A stretch of DNA of 46,504 nt from Actinomycetota bacterium (GTDB lineage Bacteria > Actinomycetota > Thermoleophilia > Gaiellales > Gaiellaceae): positions 1-46,504 of the forward strand of contig JBKPCT010000072.1 in assembly GCA_046727515.1 (NCBI GenBank). The letters are read 5' to 3'. A program made the translations under genes and the position numbers. This document shows, in pieces, positions 16,169 through 21,948 of this stretch. Position 1 is the first letter of the stretch. The number at the start of each line of letters is the position of its first letter. Under the pieces are notes generated by a model. The model searched no databases, was not told where the DNA came from, and saw only the letters and a list, made by a program, of their open reading frames with translations.

Positions 16169-16331
16169 GGGCTCGGAGTCTAACCTCGTCTCGGCGCTGC
16201 GGGAACTCGCCCGGCAGCAGGGCGTCGAGCCGACTGAAGAGGACCTCGAGGGTGTGCTCGGCTTTCTCGAGCGGATTCTCCCGGAGCTCGCGGAACTCGA
16301 GGCGCTGCTGCCGCGGGACGCCCCGCTGTGA
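16167..16331 (+). CDS. GatC/AtzG-like small subunit candidate (54 aa), coupled to the amidase
   Basis: Absent from the ORF track (<60 aa). Manual translation gives MGSESNLVSALRELARQQGVEPTEEDLEGVLGFLERILPELAELEALLPRDAPL*. Codons are GC3-rich and the protein is helical and acidic like GatC. Its TGA (16329-16331) overlaps the amidase GTG 16328 (GTGA). Confidence 0.55.
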   Translation: MGSESNLVSALRELARQQGVEPTEEDLEGVLGFLERILPELAELEALLPRDAPL

Positions 16332-17635
16332 GCGTCGCGCGTCTTGCGGAACGCCTCCGCGCCGGTCAGCTGTCAGCCCGGGAGGCGGTCGAGTGGTACC
16401 TCGCGAGAATCGAGGAGCATCACGACCTGAACGCGTACATCACGGTGCTTGCGGACGAGGCGCTGGCGGAGGCCGACGCCGGCCCACCCGACGGCCCGCT
16501 CCGGGGCGTGCCGCTGGCCGTCAAGGACGTGATCGACGTGGCCGGGGTGCGCACGACCGCGGCCTCCGAGATCCTGCGCGACCACGTCGCCGAGCGCGAT
16601 GCCGTCGTCGTCGAGCGCCTACGCGCAGCGGGAGCGATCGTGCTCGGAAAGCTCAACCTCCACGAGTTCGCCTACGGCGCGCTGAGCACGAGCCCGCACT
16701 TCGGGCCGGTCAGGAACCCGTGGGCGCGGGAGCGCGTCGCGGGCGGGTCGAGCGGCGGGAGCGGGGCGGCCGCTGGAGCCGAGCTTGCGGCGGGGACGCT
16801 CGGCACCGACACCTCGGGCTCGATCAGGATCCCGGCCGCGTTCTGTGGCGTCACCGGCCACCGCCCGACGACGGGCCTCGTCCCGAACGTGGGCGTCGTG
16901 CCGGTCGCCTGGAGCTTCGACACCGTCGGCCCGATCGCGCGCAGTGCCGAGGACTGCGCTGTCCTCCTGCAGGCGATCGCGCCGGACCTTGCAGCTCCCA
17001 CGGCCGGCGTCCCACGTATCGGGCTCGTCACGTCGCTCGTCGAGCAGGCCGACTCGGACGTGGCGGCAGCGGCGGAGAGGGCCGCGCGCGAGCTCGGCGC
17101 CGAGCCCGTCGACACGCCCGTTCTCCGTCACGCCGGTGTGATCCAGCAGCTGATGATGCTGCCCGAGGCTGCGGCCGCGCACCTGCCGTGGCTGCAGACG
17201 CGGCTCGCGGACTACGGAGCCGACGTCCGGGCGCGCCTCCTCGCGGGGTTGCTGCTGCCGGCAACGGCGTACCCGACAGGGCTCCGCGCGCGCCGCTGGC
17301 TCGAGGGCGCGATGCGTCCGCTGTTCGAGCGCTTCGACGTGCTCGCGGCACCGACGATGCCGATCGTTCCTCCGCTGATCGGCGAGGACCCGGTCGAGCT
17401 CCGCGGCGAGCAGGTCCCCTACCGGCTGACGCTGATCCCGTTCAACTCGCCCTGGAGCCTGCTCGGCCTCCCGGTGACGAGCGTCCCCTGCGGCTTCGTC
17501 GACGGGCTCCCCGTCGGGCTCTCGTTCGCCGGGCGCCGCGGCGAGGACGCCGTGGTGCTCGGAGCGGCGCGGGCCTTCCAGCACGCGACGGACTGGCACG
17601 AACGGCGCCCGGCCGGAGTCTCTGAGCAAATTTGA
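16328..17635 (+). CDS. amidase-signature (AS) family amidase (GatA/AtzE-like)
   Basis: 435 aa. GVPLAVKDVIDVAGVRTTAAS...GGSSGGSGAAAGAELAAGTLGTDTSGSIRIPAAFCG is the AS Ser-cisSer-Lys signature. Confidence 0.92.
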   Translation: MSVARLAERLRAGQLSAREAVEWYLARIEEHHDLNAYITVLADEALAEADAGPPDGPLRGVPLAVKDVIDVAGVRTTAASEILRDHVAERDAVVVERLRAAGAIVLGKLNLHEFAYGALSTSPHFGPVRNPWARERVAGGSSGGSGAAAGAELAAGTLGTDTSGSIRIPAAFCGVTGHRPTTGLVPNVGVVPVAWSFDTVGPIARSAEDCAVLLQAIAPDLAAPTAGVPRIGLVTSLVEQADSDVAAAAERAARELGAEPVDTPVLRHAGVIQQLMMLPEAAAAHLPWLQTRLADYGADVRARLLAGLLLPATAYPTGLRARRWLEGAMRPLFERFDVLAAPTMPIVPPLIGEDPVELRGEQVPYRLTLIPFNSPWSLLGLPVTSVPCGFVDGLPVGLSFAGRRGEDAVVLGAARAFQHATDWHERRPAGVSEQI

Positions 17636-17651
17636 TGCCGGAGCGGGTAGG

Positions 17652-17661
17652 TTGTATACAA
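17652..17661. promoter_or_regulatory. perfect 10-bp palindrome TTGTATACAA (FadR/GntR-type operator candidate overlapping a TATACA -10-like box)
   Basis: Located in the 58-nt gap between the amidase and the hydantoinase. It fits the t-n-GT-nn-AC-n-a pattern. TTTGAT (17631-17636) lies 18 nt upstream of TATACA. Confidence 0.45.
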
Positions 17662-17693
17662 ACGCCCGTACCTCCGACGAGAGGGGTTCACCC

Positions 17694-19109
17694 ATGTCCG
17701 TTCTGATCAAGGGTGGGCGGATCGTGACGGCCGCCGACGACTACATCGGCGACGTCTACGTCGACAACGGCACGATCAGCCTGATCGGCGAGTCGCTCGA
17801 CCAGCCCGCCGACAAGGTGATCGACGCGGCCGGCAAGTACGTCATCCCAGGTGGGATCGATCCGCACACGCACATCGAGATGTTCTTCGGCGGCACGACC
17901 ACCTGCGACGACTTCACGTCCGGGACCGTCTCTGCCGCGTTCGGTGGGACGACGACGCTGATCGACTTCTGCATGCAGACGCCGGGAACGTCGTTCGCGC
18001 AGGCGCTCGAGAACTACCACGAGAAGGTCGACCGCTGCAAACCGGTGATCGACGTCGGCTTCCACATCGGCGTCACCGACCTCCGCGAGGGCGGGACACT
18101 CGAGGACCTGGCGAAGCTCCCGGACGAGGGCGTCACCTCTTACAAGCTGTTCATGGCCTACAAGGGCGCCGTCATGGTCGACGACGAGACGCTCTTCAGG
18201 ACGATGGAGACGGCGGCCGAGACCGGCGCGCTCGTGATGGTGCACGCCGAGAACGGCGATGCGATCGACGTCATCGTCAAGGAGGCGGTCGCAGAGGGGA
18301 AGAAGGAACCGATCTGGCACGCGCGAACGCGTCCGATGGAGACGGAGGCCGAGGCGACGAACCGCGCCGCGCAGCTCGCACGCGTTGCCGGCTGCCCGCT
18401 GTACGTCGTCCACGTATCGTGCCGGCCGGCGGTCGAGCCGATCGCGCTCGCGCGTGAGAAGGGCTGGAACGTCTGGGGCGAGACTTGCACCCAGTACCTC
18501 TTCATCGACGAGACGGCGCTCGCCGAGCCCGGCTTCGAGGGCGCGAAGTACATCTACACCCCGCCCCCGCGGCCGAAGGAGCAGCAGGAGCATCTCTGGA
18601 AGGCTCTTCAGGCGGACGTGCTCTCGGTCGTCTCGACGGACCACTGTCCGTTCAAGTGGCCCGAGCAGAAGGCGATCAACGGCGAGGCGTTCCAGGTCGT
18701 GCCGAACGGCGGGCCGGGGATCGAGAACCGGCTGCACATGCTGCACGAGTTCGGCGTGCGCACCGGGCGGATCACGCTCAACCGCTTCGTCGAGCTCACC
18801 TCGACCAACGTCGCGAAGCTCTTCGGCCTCTACCCGCGGAAAGGGACGATCGCGGTCGGGAGCGACGCGGACATCGTCGTCTGGGATCCCGAGAAGGCGC
18901 TGACCATCTCCGCCGACTCGCACCACTCGAACGTCGACTACAACCTCTTCGAGGGGACGAAGGTCACCGGTGCGCCGCAGGTCGTGATGGTGCGCGGCCA
19001 AGTGATCGTCGACCACGACGAGCTCGTCGGCGCGCCCGGTGACGGCCACTTCGTCAAGCGGGCGCGGTTCGGCGAGCGGCTGCCCGCAGCGGAGAAGGTG
19101 ACAGTATGA
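17694..19109 (+). CDS. D-hydantoinase / dihydropyrimidinase (cyclic amidohydrolase)
   Basis: ORF trimmed to ATG 17694 (MSVLIKGGRIV...), with GAGAGGGG upstream. PGGIDPHTHIEM metal-binding motif, SYKLFMAYKG (carboxylated-Lys region), MVHAENGD, VVSTDHCPF. Confidence 0.92.
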   Translation: MSVLIKGGRIVTAADDYIGDVYVDNGTISLIGESLDQPADKVIDAAGKYVIPGGIDPHTHIEMFFGGTTTCDDFTSGTVSAAFGGTTTLIDFCMQTPGTSFAQALENYHEKVDRCKPVIDVGFHIGVTDLREGGTLEDLAKLPDEGVTSYKLFMAYKGAVMVDDETLFRTMETAAETGALVMVHAENGDAIDVIVKEAVAEGKKEPIWHARTRPMETEAEATNRAAQLARVAGCPLYVVHVSCRPAVEPIALAREKGWNVWGETCTQYLFIDETALAEPGFEGAKYIYTPPPRPKEQQEHLWKALQADVLSVVSTDHCPFKWPEQKAINGEAFQVVPNGGPGIENRLHMLHEFGVRTGRITLNRFVELTSTNVAKLFGLYPRKGTIAVGSDADIVVWDPEKALTISADSHHSNVDYNLFEGTKVTGAPQVVMVRGQVIVDHDELVGAPGDGHFVKRARFGERLPAAEKVTV

Positions 19110-19273
19110 CCGTCGCTCGCCTACGGCTGACTCCTCCTCGCAGGCTGGGGGAAACCAGGTTTCCCCCACGAGCCCCCTTCTTTCAGAAGCTGAGTTCACA
19201 GGGGAACCTCCCGGTTGTTCCCCTCGGACCCCTCCCCGCTCATCGGACGGAGACCGTCCGATGAGCGGGGAGG
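19110..19273 (+). promoter_or_regulatory. highly structured intercistronic spacer (three hairpins; the last sequesters the start codon)
   Basis: Hairpins: GGGGGAAACC/GGTTTCCCCC (19147-19167), AGGGGAAC/GTTCCCCT (19200-19224), and a perfect 20-bp stem CCTCCCCGCTCATCGGACGG-AGA-CCGTCCGATGAGCGGGGAGG (19231-19273). The last contains ATG 19261 and GGAGG 19269-19273. The spacer is bounded by ATGA (19106-19109) and ATGA (19261-19264). Confidence 0.7.
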
Positions 19274-19914
19274 AAGCACGCGAGGTGTATGCGAAGGCCC
19301 GGCTCGGAGAGAGCGTGACGCTCGGCTCCCGGCCGGCGGTCCTCGTCGTCGACTTCAGCTGCGGCTTCACCGACCCCGAATGCACGCTCGGGTCGGACAT
19401 GACAGATGCCGTCGAGGCGACGAGGCGGGTGCTCGACGCCGCCCGGGAGAGGGGGCTGCCGGTCGTCTTCACGACGATCGGCTACGAGCCGAGCCTGAAG
19501 GACGGCGGCCTCTGGCTCCAGAAGATTCCGAGCCTCGGCGACCTCCAGATCGGCGGTCGCTGGGTCGAGATCGACCCACGGCTCGATCCGCGCGACGACG
19601 AGACGATCGTGCTGAAGAAGGGTGCGTCCGCGTTCTTCGGGACGAATCTCGTCTCCATCCTGGTCACCCAGGGTGTCGACTCCGTCGTGCTGTGCGGGGC
19701 GACGACGAGCGGTTGCATCCGGGCGACCGCGATCGACCTGCTGCAGTACGGCTACCCGACGATCGTGGCCCGCGAGTGCGTCGCCGACCGGGCGCAGGCG
19801 CCGCACGAGGCGAACCTGTTCGACATCGACGCGAAATACGCCGACGTCGTCTCCGTCGATGACGCGCTGGAGTACCTCGAGAGCGTGCCGGGGAAGGTCG
19901 GCGTGGGCCTGTGA
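19261..19914 (+). CDS. isochorismatase-like cysteine hydrolase (N-carbamoylsarcosine amidase / NicF / BiuH-type)
   Basis: 217 aa. D-K-C triad context: AVLVVDF, IVLKKGASAFFGT, LCGATTSGCIRATA. An alternative start is GTG 19285, 8 nt after GGGGAGGAAG. Confidence 0.88.
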   Translation: MSGEEAREVYAKARLGESVTLGSRPAVLVVDFSCGFTDPECTLGSDMTDAVEATRRVLDAARERGLPVVFTTIGYEPSLKDGGLWLQKIPSLGDLQIGGRWVEIDPRLDPRDDETIVLKKGASAFFGTNLVSILVTQGVDSVVLCGATTSGCIRATAIDLLQYGYPTIVARECVADRAQAPHEANLFDIDAKYADVVSVDDALEYLESVPGKVGVGL

Positions 19915-20021
19915 GACGCCCTGTCTCAGGGCGTCTCGCGCGGAGGGGGTGGCGGGGGAACCTTGGGTTCCCCCGTGCTCAGCGGCGCGGCTCTGCCGCG
20001 GCGCTGCGAGAGGATCCGTGA
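19911..20021 (+). repeat. intercistronic three-hairpin repeat element, copy B (between isochorismatase-like and TtuC-like genes)
   Basis: Alignable by eye to copy A over its whole length. GAGACGCCCTG-TCT-CAGGGCGTCTC (19913-19937). CGGGGGAACC-TTG-GGTTCCCCCG (19953-19975). CAGCGGCGCGG...CCGCGGCGCTG, then GAGAGGATCC plus GTG. Bounded by GTGA (19911-19914) and GTGA (20018-20021). Confidence 0.8.
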
Positions 20022-21079
20022 CGTACCGGGTCGCCCTGCTCCCCGGCGACGGGGTCGGCCCGGAGGTGATCGCGGAAGCCCGAAGGGCCCTCGAGGCGCT
20101 CGGACTCCCGCTCGAGTGGACGGAGCTGCCGTGGGGCTCCGCCTACTGGCAGGAGCACGGCCGGATGATGCCCCCGGACGCGCTCGATACCCTCCGCGCA
20201 CACGACGCGGTGCTGATGGGCGCCGTCGGCGATCCGTCGGTACCGGACCACGTCTCGCTGTGGGGCCTCATTCTCGAGCTCCGGCAGCGCCTCGACCTCT
20301 GGGCGAACATCCGCCCGGCCAGGCTGCTCGAGGGCATCCCCTGCCCGCTCGCCGGGCGCGGGCCGGCGGACGTGGACATGCTGTTCGTCCGCGAGAACAC
20401 CGAGGGCGAGTACGCGGGCGTCGGCGGGCGCGCCCACACGGGCCTGGCTTCGGAGGTCGGTCTCGAGACGAGCGTGTTCACGCGCTCGGGAGTCGAGCGG
20501 GTCGTCCGGCACGCGTTCGGGCTCGCGCGGGCGCGGCGCGGCCTCGTCACCAGCGCGACCAAGTCGAACGCCTCGCGGTACGGCTACGTCCTCTGGGACG
20601 AGGTCGCGGAGGAGGTCGCGGCCGCATTCCCGGACGTCCGCTACGAGCGCGTGCTCGTCGACGCGCTTGCCGCGCGGATGGTGCGCGACCCCGCGAGCCT
20701 CGACGTCGTCGTCGGCTCGAACCTCTTCGCCGACATCCTCACCGACCTCGCCGCGGCGATCCAGGGCGGGATGGGGATGGCGGCGAGCGCGAACGTCGCG
20801 CCGGGATCCGACGCTCCGGGGCTGTTCGAGCCGGTGCACGGGTCCGCGCCCGACATCGCCGGCCGCGGAATCGCCAACCCCGCCGGCGCGATCTGGAGCG
20901 CCGTGCTGATGCTCGAGCACCTCGGTGAGGCCGAGGCCGCCGGAGCGCTGATGCGCGCGCTCGAGGACGTCTGCCGCGACGGGCCGAGGACGCGCGACGT
21001 CGGCGGCGAAGCGACCGCGCGCGAGGTCGGGGAGGCGATTGCGGCTCGGGTAGAGGCGTTCAGCGCACGACACCGATGA
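20018..21079 (+). CDS. tartrate dehydrogenase/decarboxylase / 3-isopropylmalate dehydrogenase family (TtuC-like)
   Basis: ORF 19622..21079 trimmed to GTG 20018 (VTYRVALLPGDGVGPEV...). Motifs: MLFVRENTEGEYAG, NLFADILTDLAAAIQGGMGMAASAN, FEPVHGSAPDIAG. Confidence 0.88.
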   Translation: MTYRVALLPGDGVGPEVIAEARRALEALGLPLEWTELPWGSAYWQEHGRMMPPDALDTLRAHDAVLMGAVGDPSVPDHVSLWGLILELRQRLDLWANIRPARLLEGIPCPLAGRGPADVDMLFVRENTEGEYAGVGGRAHTGLASEVGLETSVFTRSGVERVVRHAFGLARARRGLVTSATKSNASRYGYVLWDEVAEEVAAAFPDVRYERVLVDALAARMVRDPASLDVVVGSNLFADILTDLAAAIQGGMGMAASANVAPGSDAPGLFEPVHGSAPDIAGRGIANPAGAIWSAVLMLEHLGEAEAAGALMRALEDVCRDGPRTRDVGGEATAREVGEAIAARVEAFSARHR

Positions 21080-21932
21080 GGGCGCCGCCGGCAACGATCA
21101 GGACGCCGGCGGCGACGAGCCGCATCCCGATCCCTTCCCCGTGGCGGCCGATGAGCAGGAGGGAGAAGACCACCGCCCAGAGCGACTGCGTCGCATTCAA
21201 CGGGGCGACGATCGACACCCGGCCCCTGTCGAACGCCTCCAGCAGACTGTCGTAGGAGAGCCGTAGGAGCACGCCCGCAGCCGCAAATGCGGGCACTGCG
21301 GCACGGAGGTGCCGGCGCGGCGCCTCGCTCTGCGCCACGAGCGTGTACGCGAAGACGACCGCGAAGGCGCCGAGCAGCGCGAGCGCCGAGGCGACGAGCG
21401 GCGGCGGATGCGCGTCGCGGGCGGCCCACCGGGCGACGTTGTCGCGAACGGCAAAGAGTCCAGCGCAGGCGAGCGCGAAGAAGGCGCCGAGGGCGCGGAA
21501 ATGCTCGGGCCGCGACCGCTCCCGGGCCAGGGCGACTCCGCCTGCGACGACGAGTCCGGTCCCGAGCACCAGCAGCGGCTGGAACGGCTCGCCGAGGACC
21601 GCAAGCGCGATTGCCACGGACATCAGCGGCGCGGTGCCGATCAGGATCGACGTCCGCGAGGGACCGACGTCGCGGACCGCGAAGATGAAGAGGATCTGGG
21701 TCGCGCCCGGCACCAGCGCGCCGATCAGCAGGAAGGGCCACAGGTCGGCCGGCCGGACGTCGTCGACGACGATCGACGGGATCGCGACCAGGGCAGCCAC
21801 CACGAATCCGAGGCCGGCAATGACGACGGCGCCCACCTCCGGCTCGCCTCCGCGCTGCAGGCCGCGGCGGACGAGGACGGCGAGCAGGCCGAACAGGACA
21901 CCCGCGACGGCTGCGAAGACGACCGAGGCCAA
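21060..21932 (-). CDS. DMT superfamily (EamA-like) transporter
   Basis: 290 aa with about 10 hydrophobic segments in two EamA-like halves. TTG start. The 3' end overlaps the TtuC-like gene by 20 nt (convergent). Confidence 0.85.
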   Translation of the reverse strand: MASVVFAAVAGVLFGLLAVLVRRGLQRGGEPEVGAVVIAGLGFVVAALVAIPSIVVDDVRPADLWPFLLIGALVPGATQILFIFAVRDVGPSRTSILIGTAPLMSVAIALAVLGEPFQPLLVLGTGLVVAGGVALARERSRPEHFRALGAFFALACAGLFAVRDNVARWAARDAHPPPLVASALALLGAFAVVFAYTLVAQSEAPRRHLRAAVPAFAAAGVLLRLSYDSLLEAFDRGRVSIVAPLNATQSLWAVVFSLLLIGRHGEGIGMRLVAAGVLIVAGGALIGVVR

Positions 21933-21948
21933 GGACTAGGCTCTCGCC

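Noticed and set aside
16108-17625. 505-aa plus-strand ORF overlapping the amidase
   Set aside because: It is an alternate frame of the amidase gene. Its R/G/P-rich product lacks the amidase signature that the 16328 frame carries.
19231-19273. The 20-bp perfect hairpin as a Rho-independent terminator
   Set aside because: No U-tract follows it, and the right arm is the beginning of the downstream coding sequence. It is treated instead as a translation-occluding or processing structure, or as an insertion footprint.
17688-19472. 594-aa ORF on the minus strand
   Set aside because: It is antisense to the hydantoinase gene and the structured spacer. It has no motifs, whereas the plus-strand gene has unmistakable metal-binding motifs.
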